A stretch of DNA of 62,685 bases, filler included, from Jimgerdemannia flammicorona (taxonomy: Eukaryota), in the NCBI GenBank assembly GCA_003990765.1. It is 3 parts of 3 records of this genome, joined end to end, with 100 filler letters (N's around TTAATTAATTAA, not from the genome) between each part and the next. Parts side by side here need not be neighbours in the genome. Positions count along the whole stretch, not along the records: positions 20,940 to 41,768 come from RBNJ01001582.1; positions 41,869 to 62,685 come from RBNJ01001583.1; 1 more part is not named here. One strand, given 5' to 3'. Position 1 is the first letter of the stretch. The number at the start of each line of letters is the position of its first letter. The notes under the pieces were generated by a model that was given only the letters and a program-made list of their open reading frames with translations, was not told the origin of the DNA and made no database searches. Below are positions 38,338 through 50,300 of this stretch, piece after piece. The position numbers and the translations under genes are program-made.

Positions 38338-38851
38338 TTTTTTGGCTATTGATGGTCAATGTAAATACACGTCTTGCCTCGCATATTGCTCTTTATTCTT
38401 TTTGTCCTGCTTTACGTCGCTCCTTTATTCCTTACCTTGCGTTTCCCCTTATCATTTTGTAAGGCTTTGCATTGCTCCTTTTCATCTTGCCTCGCATTAT
38501 CCCGTTTCATCTTGCAATTTTTCTTTTCGTCCGAGATACTATAAAGAATCCTCTCCCCAACGACTCTTTTTTCGGACCATCAAGTATATTTCGTCTCCGC
38601 CACAGCGGCGTCCCATCCATCTCTACAATGTCCACCCGAGCCGCCTCCCCAAGACCTATGCCATAAGAATCTGAACAATGGGCATTCATCTAGTCTACGA
38701 AAAGGACGTGATTGTCTCTGGCGATAACCAAACAGGAGGCCTCAACGTCTGCTCCCTAAACCCTGGCCTCCACTGTGGAGTCAAGATAGAGAAATAGCGT
38801 CCGGAGGATCGTTCTCCGGGCTTTTCCGGACGGAGGGACAGTGTTGGCTGG

Positions 38852-39001
38852 CCAGGGTGGCTCGGCCTTAAAATTTATGGATTGGCTAGTTAACCAAGTG
38901 GCCAGGCCTTATTTGGCTGTTTTGATTTCCAAATTAAATATATAAAAGGTTCGTAAATGCCACTTGACCAGTTGGCTGTAAATTTAAGGCCAGCCATCTG
39001 G
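38852..39001. mobile_element. MITE-like element with long imperfect TIRs
   Basis: CCAGGGTGGCTCGGCCTTAAAATTTA..CAAGTGGC versus the reverse complement of GCCACTTG..TAAATTTAAGGCCAGCCATCTGG. Confidence 0.6.
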
Positions 39002-39583
39002 GATCCCTAGTAATGGCCAATCCTGTCAGAACAATCCGAAATATCACGTGACCAAACCCAACATATAACGAAGTTTATTAAAGTACCTTATGACCTATCT
39101 GGATTGGTACCTTTTTTTAAAAAATTTCATCTCATATGTTGAAAACAGACCCAAATATGTATGACGAACATGGTGTAATAATGTATAAGCAAAGAATGAA
39201 AAAAAGTGGAACGGAACGAAAAAAAGATGAACACATAAGTGACAATCCAAAACAATTAAATATGTATAGGGAACATAAAACCAACAGTAAGGTCCGTCCC
39301 CTAAAGCAACCGAAATCGCGCTGCGATTCTCAGGAGAGAAAGGGGAGAAAAAAGAGCAAACACAATACAAAATTCCTAACATGATGTCTACGGCTTTACG
39401 TAAAAATGAAATAATGATAACGAGAGAAAGAAATGAGACCATTGTTCTACCAGCTCATAGCTCGCGTAATGCATGAAAAAGATAACTATAATTCAAATCC
39501 AAGCAACCCTTACATAACACCCCAAGACACTCCTCGAACATCCACCCATCAAATCTCCTATTTCTTGACCCACATTCCCCACC

Positions 39584-41716
39584 CTAACGCGGGGGCGGGT
39601 ACTGCTGCGGGAACCCTCCATACACTGGCTGCTGCGGGGGTGGATAAGCACCGAAGCTCGGATCCTGGAACCCGAACCCGCCATTAGGGGCCGGAGGTGG
39701 AGATCCCTGGTTAAATTGGGGTTCTGGGAACGGGGTAGCAAACCCGCTTCCGATGGGCTGCTGATGGCCAAAAGGGTCGAAGACCTGTGCGAGGCCGCCA
39801 CTGCCGTTGTTGTTTGGTGGCGGGGGCGGGGGGGAGCTATAGAGCGGTGCGCCGCCTTGCGGTGGTTGGATGGGGGGAACGAATCCGCCAGGTTGCTGTT
39901 GCTGGGGGGGCGGGTAGGCGAAGCCGTAGTTTACGGGCGGGGAAGGGTTGTTTGGGTTGTAGGCGGAGGCGAGCAAGGGGGCCGGATGGACCGATTGGGG
40001 GACGGGATTAGGGCTGGGGAGGGGGGGGTAAGCGCCTCCGAAGGCGGCAGAGACGGCGGAGGAAGGTGCAGGAGGGTAACCGCCAGAAATGGTGGAGGAA
40101 GGTGCAGGAGGATAACCGCCAGAGATGTGGGAGCTTTGGTCTAGGAGGGCGCCGCCGATGGTATGAGGCGGGTAGCCACCTTGTTGGGGCGATGGGGAAG
40201 AGGAAAGTTGTGGACGGTAGGGCTGTGCGTTGTGCGGGGGTGGATATACTTGGGGTTGCAGTGGGGGGGACATAATGGGAGTATGGGCGGGGTGGCCAGA
40301 TGGTGGGTAGGGGTTCGGGGCAGGTGGGTAGGGGTTCTGGGCAGGTGGGTAGGGGTTCTGGGCAGGTGGGTAACCTTGCGGTGTGGCAGGAGGATAACCT
40401 CCCGGGGCAGCGGTTGGGTAACCTCCCGAAGCAGGAGGTGGATAGCCACCTTGGGGAGTGGGTGGATAACCACCTGGGGGAGCAGGCGGATAGCCAGCGC
40501 TATGGTGCGAGTGAGACGAAGCCAGGCTGCTACCACTTGATTGCCGTGAAGGCGGACGGAGCGCTTGTTGGGAGGAGGGGGCTGGACTGGGCTGGGGTCT
40601 GTTGTTAGGATATGCCTGTGGCGGTTGGGAGTTCTTGCGGATCTGCTGTTGCGCATTCTGATTCCCAGGGGCTTGCCCAGGTCCAGGGCCACCCTAGTAG
40701 GGAGAAGAAAGTTGTGAAGGTTTGTCGATAAGTATAGAATTCAGCCTACAGTTAAATCTCGCACAATATCATCTCTATTAATGTTCTTCTCCCCTCCCTC
40801 CCTACTATGGTTTCCAGCCTGCCTTGTTCCTATACCCACAAACAAAACATTAAATATTTTCAGTGATAAAATAACGTAGAAAGCTCACCGCAGCATAGAA
40901 AGTCAGTTCTAGATAGATCTCGCCGGCAGGCTTGCCCTTGTACAGAAGCTGAAACCAATCTGAATATACGCGTGAAAAAATGAAGCAGTAAATTTTTTAC
41001 CCATTGCACGTCATAGTATTGATATAGCACCACCTTTCTACTATTAAGTCCTCTTTCCTTTCTCCAAGGTCGATTTCGCTACCTTTTTGTCAAATCACAA
41101 GGTCAGCCTCCAACACTCCCCTGCCCTCAGCAACCCAGAGAAGACCACTCACCATCCTGCTCCCCGTCTTTAAGCACGGTCGTCAGATCAATTTCGGCCT
41201 CGCCGATCAAGTCCTCCTTCTTCTGATCCTCGGTGAATACCTGAGTGAGCATCGTTTTCTTTTTCTCAGCCACGTGCAGGTTGACCTGAAAGTCCCAAAT
41301 CGGATGCTGTCCACCGCGGTAATCTGTTTTGGTCTTCTGTGTCGAGTCACCGATGCGGAAGACGCAGAAGGGGTCCTGCTTGCCGATGATCTGGTGTGGG
41401 TGAGAGATAGTCAATGAGGTGATGGTGGCATTAGATGAGCAAGAATGGGACAATTCGGCATGCGCGAGACTTGGGGTATTGTACTCACCTCACGGTTGGG
41501 AAGATTCCTCTATTGCGAACGCGGTGAGAAAGGACGCAGAACGGTCATGCGGGTGATGGGAGTGAGTTATTGCATCCTCAAAAATGTACACTCTGACAAA
41601 CTGGTTGGAGATATATATATTTCTCGAGGTAAAGCTTTCTACCAACAAACAGTAGGAGACGGTTGGCTTACCCCCTTGAGAGCAATAACGACCAGTTCGC
41701 CGACGATCTTGGACAT
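39584..41716 (-). CDS. C2-domain, proline-rich cytokinesis protein (Fic1/Inn1-like). Exons 41672-41716, 41489-41509, 41153-41390, 40889-40959, 39584-40693
   Basis: MSKIVGELVVIALKG|RNLPNRE|IIGKQDPFCVFRIGDSTQKTKTDYRGGQHPIWD..|DWFQLLYKGKPAGEIYLELTFY, then GGYPP/YPPAQNP repeats. Canonical splice sites. Confidence 0.88.
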
Positions 41717-41768
41717 CAGTGGGGGGGGGTGTTAGGAGAAAGAGAGAGAGTGTATTGGGGTGTTGGGG

Positions 41769-41868
41769 NNNNNNNNNNNNNNNNNNNNNNNNNNNNNNNN
41801 NNNNNNNNNNNNTTAATTAATTAANNNNNNNNNNNNNNNNNNNNNNNNNNNNNNNNNNNNNNNNNNNN
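41769..41868. other. Assembly gap with TTAATTAATTAA linker
   Basis: 100-nt N run with linker. Confidence 0.99.
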
Positions 41869-44800
41869 GATTCTTCTGAATCAGACACACTGGGTGGATT
41901 ACTCAGATAACTTGGATGTCACAGATATCACAGATTCTTTCTGAATCAGTAGCTCTCTAAGAATGACTGGTTTCTTGAATAATAACTTAGATTCTCTTCT
42001 CTTAACAAAGTTATATCAAAGACTGGCTTCATTTGTATCAATAATAAACTGTGAAGTTGTGGCAACAAACTGGTTTAGTGATAAGGTTCCTTAAGGTGGG
42101 CTCTTTGGGAATGCAGATAACTGAGAAATAGTGGCTTATTCCTTAAGCAGCAGATTACTCAAATGGCAGTGAAGTTCTTCTTGAACTTTGGTGACAAATC
42201 TTCAGACTTATCTAGCAAGTATACTAATCAATCTTTATATCGGAAAGTGGACCAGAGTGGAGAAAAGGGACCAATGCTCAATCTTTAGAGACTTCTTTTG
42301 TTTACTTCAACTTTTTGGACTAAGGTTTATTCACTATTATCTCTGGGGTATTTTATATAGTTGTGGTTACTATCTGGTTACAATGTTGCTAACTATAGAT
42401 TACTATCTAGAGTAAGTATTCATGGGCAGTACAGTATACTAACTTGATATAGAATACCAACTTGGTACAGTATATCCACTTGATACAGATAAATATACTG
42501 TTTCTGGTAACTCTGGCTAATTATCAGGTTGGTACAGTAAAGCAGTCTTAGTTGCTTAGTGTACTAGATATGGTATATGGCTAATTTATGAATTTTGTAG
42601 TACAATACTGTTGCTCATCACATCAGTTCCTACTAAAGGATGGTCTGCCCTCAGACAATCCTTTAGTCATCATTTCAATGTGCATAAGTATCTTCAGCAT
42701 CAATACCTGAACTGGTATCTTTATTTATATTAGAGTTAATCTATTCAACAGCTTCTTCTTCCTCTGGGAACAGGATTTTGATATGGTTGATAATGCTTCA
42801 GTAGGTGGTTAGATTAGTGTTTTGTATATCATTCAGAGAGAATTGGGCCTATATCAGTACTGGAATATTTCATTTGTAGATTGTGTACAATCTGTCTGCA
42901 GTAGTGGTGTTATTCTAGATTTCCCACAGGATCTCGGATAAGCAAATTGACTCAGGTAAGTCCTTTCTTGATGGTCTGGTTCATTCTTTCTATCATATCA
43001 TTGGTCTGGGGGTAGTATGATGTAGTTTGTTTAAGGTGGATCTTGTGAATTTGAGCATAACTTATAATTATGTTATTGATAAATTCTATGCCTCAGTCAG
43101 AGATAAGTTCTTCTGGAGATCTATATCTGAGTGTGAGTATATGGAGAAGGCTTACAATGGTCAAGGCATCCGCAATTTCCATTGGGAAAGCCTCAGGCCA
43201 CTTGGTTAGTTATTCTACAAATATAAGAATATACTTATTTCTTTTGTAGGAGTCTAATTATGTCTACTTCCTATCTCTGAAAGATGTTTTCTGGTGGTAT
43301 AATTGATTGTAATGGTGCTTGATGGTTCTTTCTTCCTTGGTACTTCTGGCATCTATTACATTTCTTAAGTATGTCCTGGACTTGTGTTCTAAGATTGGAT
43401 CAATGTTGGTATATTGTTTACAGCTTTTCTTTTATATTCACCTATCCTTGATGGGCTTTCTGATGTTCTTTTCAGATAAGATCTTCTTGATCCTTAATGG
43501 TCTGAGGAGCTTCCTTTAGGGTGTAGTTTCTTAGTATACCCTTCTTCTAGTTCATTGAAATTGGTAAAAAAAGTATATATATCAATATTGTTGTGAGGTT
43601 TCTCTGCTTTATGGATGATGATGATTTTGTAATCCTGGAGGATAAAGATCCAGCAGGCTGGGATTCCAGTAGATTTCTTGCAGTTGAATAGCCATTTGAG
43701 GGCTGTATGGTCAGTTATCAGAGTAAATCTTTTTTCAATAAGATAATACTTGAACAAGATGACTGCTCATATAACTGTAAGGCATTCCAGTTTGGTGCTA
43801 CTATTATTTATCTACTGCTAATTGGTAGCTTAGTTTGTATAAGCTATCACATAGTATTGTTGCTCAGGTCCTACTTGGGCTAGAACTACTCTCAGGCCAT
43901 CTTTGGAGGTATCTGTATATAAGATGAATGACTTCTATAGATTGGAGCAGACAAGGATTGGTACTGTAGCATGCTGTGCTTGAGTTTCTTGAAGGCTAGT
44001 TCTTGTAATTCTGTCCATTTATAAGCTACTCCTTTCTTGAGAAAGATTTGAATTTAGGAAGCAATTTGAGCAAAGTCCTTGATAAACCTTCTGTAGTAAG
44101 ATATGAGTATCAGGAATGATAGGGTTTCCTTTGTGGTCTTGGGAATAGGCCAATTGTTGATCTTTTTGGGTTTCTTTGGGTCTGCATGGATTCCTTCTTT
44201 TGAAACTATGAATTCAAGAAATCCAAGTTTCTGTTTCCCAAAGTAGCATTTCTTATTATTGAGTCTCAAGTAGTTCTTACAGGTGAGCTTGAAGTATTCT
44301 TCTAGATAGTATAGGTATTTCTCAAAATTTATTGAGTAGATGTTTGAGTCATCTATATATACAATTAGGCAGTGGTGGATCAGGGGGATATAGACTGAAT
44401 TCATCATTCTCTAGAAGGTGGGGGGTATATTGCAAAGTCCAAAGGGTATTCAGAGGTATTCAAATAGTTTTCCTAGAGCAAAAAAGGCTGTTTTTTGAAT
44501 GTCTTTAAGATCCATGAGGATCTCATAGAATTCTGCAAAAAGATCTATACTGCTGAAGTATCTGGTATCTTGTAACTAATCTAAAAGATCATCAATTCTG
44601 GGCTAAGGATAGGCATTCTTTTTGATGACTGAATTGAGTTTCCTGTAGTCTATATAGAGTCTCCATCCTCCTTTCTTTAGTACAATAAGTATAGGGCTGG
44701 TCCAAGAGCTGATTGGGTTGGATGACTCCATTGTCTAAGAGTTCTTGAATGTGTTCCATTTTGAATGTCTTTAGGTGATGGGGTATTTAATAGGATTTCT

Positions 44801-47352
44801 GCCAGATGGGTGTTGCATTTTTTATATTTATGCTGTAGTGATATAATGGATTGTATGGTAGGTTACCATAGTCTGTGGTGAAGATATCTTGATATTTGTT
44901 GAGGAATTCCACTAGTTGGTGCCATTGCTGGGGTATCAATTCTTCTCAAATATTAGTGGAAGGCTTCATTGTCTCCTGGGTTACAGAGGGGCCTTTTCTT
45001 TCTTCTAGGACCTTTTTCCATTATCCAATAAGTTTAGTTCATAAACTTCTCTATAAGTTCAGTAGAGAAAAGGCACCAGAGGTCCTATGATGGTTCTTTT
45101 TGGCAATATGATGGTTTCCCAACTATAGTTGGTTGCTCAGGAGTATACTGAATTCATCTTGTCAGGAAATGTGTGTCCTTCAATGTCCAGATTCAGGATA
45201 TCTTCATTAGGTTCGAAGAAGAGGTTTCTGGGGTTGGGTGGTGCAAATATTTCGAAAGTAGTTTGCTCTCCAGGCTCCAGAATAAGATTTTTGTACAGTT
45301 TGACTGGTTGGTAGTATACTTGCTGGGGGACATTCCTCTTGAGATGATTGACCTGAAGGAGATGTACTTCCTTCTTATCTGAGCTTCCAAATCCTTTGGC
45401 TTGTCTTGTTCCTTCAGTCAGTTTGGAGACTTCTTGAAATTGAGAAGTCTTGACTCTCATGAAGACTGCTTGAGCAATCTTCTGTCCTCTAATGATTCAA
45501 TACTATTCTGTACTACTGTTGTGCAAGATGATTTTGATTTTACTAGTATATCTTGGGTCAATGGTTCCTCCTTCTATGGTTATTCCTTATCTGGCAAGTC
45601 TAGACCTTGAGGTCAGTGTATATAAGTTTCTTAGTTCTGATCATCAGTATTCTTCCAGGCTTGATAGGTTCATCATCCAAACTGTAAAGGTCATACTCTA
45701 CATCTTCTTAGTGAGCTTTGGTCCAGAGTTTGGCCTTGGGATATAGCAGAGCATACTGGGCAACATCTTTGCTAAGTTCAGGCTATCCTTAGGCTGAAGC
45801 TCTACTGGCAGAAAGTCTCCAAGCTGGTGTAGCCTTCTGGCTCCAGTAGAAGGGTCTCAGATGTAATTGATTCCTCTATTTTCTGTAGGGTTTAGGGCTT
45901 CCATGAAGTTGGTGGCATCTTCTATCCATCCTTGGTGGGTTGTATGTCTGATGAGAGCTAGGATGTCTTCTCCTAAATCATAGATCTTGAGGGTTCTTTA
46001 TCCTGGCTTCTTGGTTTGGCTTTTTTGGATCTGGCCTCTGTTATCTCCTCTCTTCAAGATGTGTATCATAATATTATGACTGAGGTGAATCTCCTGAAGT
46101 CTGCACTCTCAGCAGTCTGGGTGTCTTCTATGGTTGCAATATCCCATTGCTCAGAAATGCTATTTCCTGTTGTTGATTTCTTGCTGCTTTGGAAATCAGT
46201 ATCCACCTTGGTCATAGACTGGGGAAAGAGTAGACAGGAGGTATACTTCTGTTTGGGTGAAGAGACCTTATCCTCTAAATCGACTTTGCAACTTGGTGGT
46301 AACTTCTTGAAAGGTGGTCAACTGTGCAACTATAGTTGGGGTTCTAATCTTCAGAGTGTCTGTCTTCCTTATTGGTCCAGTAGGTGACACTGATAACAGT
46401 AGTCTTGGGGAGAGTGGAAGACCATTTGATGTGGACATCTTCCTAACCAAAAGGCTCTTTCCTGATATGTTTCTTGTTTGAGAATAAAGGAGATTGTACT
46501 GGGTCCTTCTTCAATATTCCAGGGGTCATTATTTTCAGGTTGTGTCTCATTAGGATCATCTCAGGGAATAAGTTAGGGAACTTCTTCTTCTTTAGGTACT
46601 TCTTGTTCAAGAACCTCCTGTTCAGGGGCTTCTTCTTCCTTGGATGATTCTTGACTCCAAATTGGTTGTACTTCTGCAGCTTCAGCTGCAAGTGTCTCTG
46701 GAACATGTCTGCATTTCTTCTTCTTTCTTCTGCACTCAGGTCAGGCTGTGCCAAGCGAATTTCTTGTCCCAATGATCTTGGAGGAGTGCTCAGAGCACTG
46801 TGTCTCTTAAGGCAGATGGAGCATCCTTTGATTTCTCCTGCAATGGCTCCAATGGTGATTGGGATAGTATTATTAGCTTATATATTTTCTTCTGGCCTAT
46901 TATCTACTAGATTGATCTGGTGATTGAGTCTGAGATTATTTCCATCTTCAGAATCTTCATCCTTTCTATGGTAGATTCTTCACTGCTGGCATATTCCTCC
47001 TAGATGGTGACCTTCTTTTTCTTCTTTGAATACTCATAGCTAGTTATCTTAACTTTGTACTTCTTGCCTTGGTAGTTAAACTTGAGTACTTTTTGATCAA
47101 TATCAATAACTGCATTCATTTCCTTCATCTAGTTGGTATTAAGAATCATATCAAAGGTAATAGCTTCAGTAATAATAGCTTTTGAGATGGAGAACTGTGA
47201 GAAATGGTGATGTTTCATACTTCTCCAAGGGGTTGAGTTCAGGCTCCATCTGCTACTATGATGCTGAGATTGGATGGTCCATCAATGGGCCATTGGAGGA
47301 TATCCAGGAATCATTTTGCAATAATACAGACAGCTGAGAGATCTAGATCCAG
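41869..47352 (-). mobile_element. Decayed Ty3/gypsy family 2: PR-(long insert)-dUTPase-RT-RH-IN, probable 3' LTR at ~41869-42620, cut at the protease by a LINE
   Basis: PR remnant 47000-47350 (SAVCIIAK..IIVADG..QPLGEV), dUTPase 45377-45760, RT (LIVYIDDS, 44054-44407), RH (FILYTDTSKDG, FTLITDHTAL), IN core remnants ~42850-43500. Confidence 0.85.
45377..45760 (-). pseudogene. dut: Retroelement dUTPase domain located between protease and RT
   Basis: AKLWTKAH*EDVEYDLYS, SRSRLAR, GGTIDPRYTSKIKIILHN, KIAQAVF, TRQAKGFGSSD. Confidence 0.9.
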
Positions 47353-50300
47353 ACACCTTTCTCTGGTACCATTCAGGTTACACAACCTTTAGAAGGCACT
47401 TATAACATTGTTTTTGGAGAAAAGAGACTAACAACATGGTGACCAACAGGCAATCTGAGGTACATACTGGACAGGGTGGCCCAAGCACTTTCAAATGGCA
47501 GCAGGTGGAGAGGGGCCCAGGTCTGGGGGGGGGCATGAGGGGGCTGCTGGTGAGAGGATGCAGAAGAGGTGGTGGTATTGGTGGCAGACAAGGGTCTGGG
47601 AGAGTGAGCTTTGTGGAGACGGTGAAGGGGAGGCAGCAGGTATCAGGACTGGAGGGCTGGCTGAGGAGGGGCAAGGAGACCAAGAAGCTGGTAGTGTGTG
47701 GGAGAGTAGCACCTGGGGGGAGTGTGACTGCTGATGGCAATGGGACTGCTAATCTGGAAAAAAATCCAGATATGACAGCTGTTGGCAAGACTGAGCAGCT
47801 GAGGCTTGGAAGACAAGAGGATTTGGCAGATGGCATGATGGGTCTGGTGGTGGCCCTGTTACTCAAAAAATCGATCTCAGCATTTGTGGTTATACTGTGC
47901 TTCCAGGGCTTAGTGATGATGGCAAAAATGGTACTGGGGCTTATTGCTAAGCAGGTGGCTGGAGTCACATCAGTGAAGGTTTTGAAGGGACTGGAGGGTG
48001 TAGAGGTGGGTTTTGAGGAGGCTGAGCTGCTGGAGGAGGCACTGAAGATTGGGTTGGTAGTTAGGGAGGTGTGTGTTCCAATGGCGAGGTGTCTGAAATG
48101 TGATCCAAGGGTGGTCCAACTGCTGGTAAAAGGAGTGCCCACAGTGACAGTGATGGAGATGAGAAAGAGAGTTGAGGATGTTATGGCAGAGTATTGAGAG
48201 GTAGTGGATATCGGATTCAGGGTCTGGGAAGAGACCTCACTCAGGACTGGGGATGTGGATGTGAGGATTTGGCTGGCTGGGAAAGAAGCTACTGGGAAGG
48301 CAAGAGACTGGCCTTCAGTAATGGTCTGGAGAGTGATCTTGTGCAAGGTAATGAGGGTGAAAGGAAATGAAGAGGAGGAAGAGGATTTATTGGAAGTGCT
48401 GGAAGAATTGGATGGTACTGTGGAGCAGTGAGCAAAGGCTTAGAAGGCTTTCATGGAGTCGACACACCTGAAGATGGTGGATGGAAAGAGGATTTGAGTG
48501 GACAAGGTATAGTGGGAAAGGGCTCAGGGGCATAAGAGACAGAAGGATCTGCTGACTAAACTGGAGAGCAGACCACAGAAGGATGTGAGCAAGATGATGA
48601 GTGTGGAAGGGGCCAAAGCAAGTATCTGGGCTGGTGAGAGGAGTGGGAATGCCAGGGAGGAGACAGGGAAGGTGAAGGAGGTGAAGATTATTGACACATA
48701 TGCTGATAGCACCTAGGAGGTTTGAGATGAGGTCTGGGAGAATTCCCCCACTCCTTCTCCTCTTATCAGGTAAGGCCCAGATTCCAGAAACAAGATGGTG
48801 GAGGACATGACAATGCTGGGGACCCATCGGGTGACATTCAGCATTCCAGAGGTGATGAACAGGGGATATGTAGTGGTGGCCAGGGAGGAGGAACTGGTGG
48901 ATGTCCTGGAGGTGTGGAATGAGGCTGCGAGTGTTGGAGCTGACACCACAATGCTGGATGGAGGGAGGCCAGTGACCCCTGGAGGGAGGGAGGTGGGGAA
49001 CCTACTTTGGATATGCAGGATGATGAATAATCTGGTGGCAGAAGAGTTGGGGGAGGTGGACTTGCGAGTGATAGGTGATGAGCACTGGGTACAGATATTG
49101 CAGGGGGATAGAGTGATGATGGCACTGAAGGTGGAAATTCTTGTAGTGTATCTGGAGGAGGAAGGGTATGAGGTGGACAAAGAGCAGGATGCAGAGATGG
49201 TAGTTGTTGCTGGGGAGAGGGCTGAGTACTGTTGGAATAAGTATCATGGATTGCAGCTTTAGCAGGAGGCTTGTATTGAGTACTGGGAGGAGTTTCAGGA
49301 GAAGGCAGATGGGGAGATGAATGAGCTGTTGACTGGATTGGAGACTCAGAGGGCTGAAGAGGAGGAGGTGATGGCAGAACATAATCTGGACACAGCACAG
49401 GAGGAGATGAGCATGGAGCAGTAGAGATCGACTGATAACAAATTGTATTTCATTATGAACAGTACAACCAACATTTTTTCTTTGAATGTGAATGGGCTAT
49501 GGGGTGCTGTTAGACATAGGAACATTTTTATTTGGCTGAAGGGATTGGAGGCTGATCTCTTCCTCTTGCAGGATGCCAGGTGTGAGGATGACTCTGATAG
49601 GATGAAATGGACAAAGGAATGGAGTGGTATGGCAATTTGGAATGGCAAGGTCAGAATTCTGTTTCGGAAAGGCAGAGGGGAGATAAGAGTTGTGAGGAGC
49701 TGGGGGGAGAGACTGGTCTGGGGTGAATGGATTCGTACAGGCTGGGAGCCAGTTATAGTTGGCTCCTGTTACTGCTCTGCCATAAGGAGGGAGCATATAG
49801 ATTGGGCAAAGGGTCTCCAGGAGAGTGGGATCCTTGCAGAGGCTGGGGTGAATATGTTTGGGGGAGATTTCAATATGGTTTGGGATATACAGATGGATAG
49901 AACTGATAGAGGACAGGGTGCTGAGAGCAGGAGTGGTGGGCTGGTGATGTAGGAGGAAGTCAAAAGACTAGGAGTACTGGTAGATACTGGTAGAGAGTAC
50001 TGGGGGGATAGGAGGGTATATACGCATTGGGCTGGAGGCCTGGGGACAAGGATCAACTGGATTCTGATGGCCAACTGTTGGGGCCAAGATGTTTGGAAGT
50101 CACTGGAGATGGAATGGTGTTCATGGTCAGATCACTGGGGCCTTTTGGGACAGGGGTGCTTTGGGGGAAGTGGGGATGGGCCTGGACATTGGCACCTTAA
50201 TTCCTCCTTGTTAGATGATGAGTCCTGATGGGAGGAGTGGGCTAGAGACATTCAGCTGAGGGTGGAGAACTGGTGGCAGGAAGGTGCCTCGATTGGGGTT

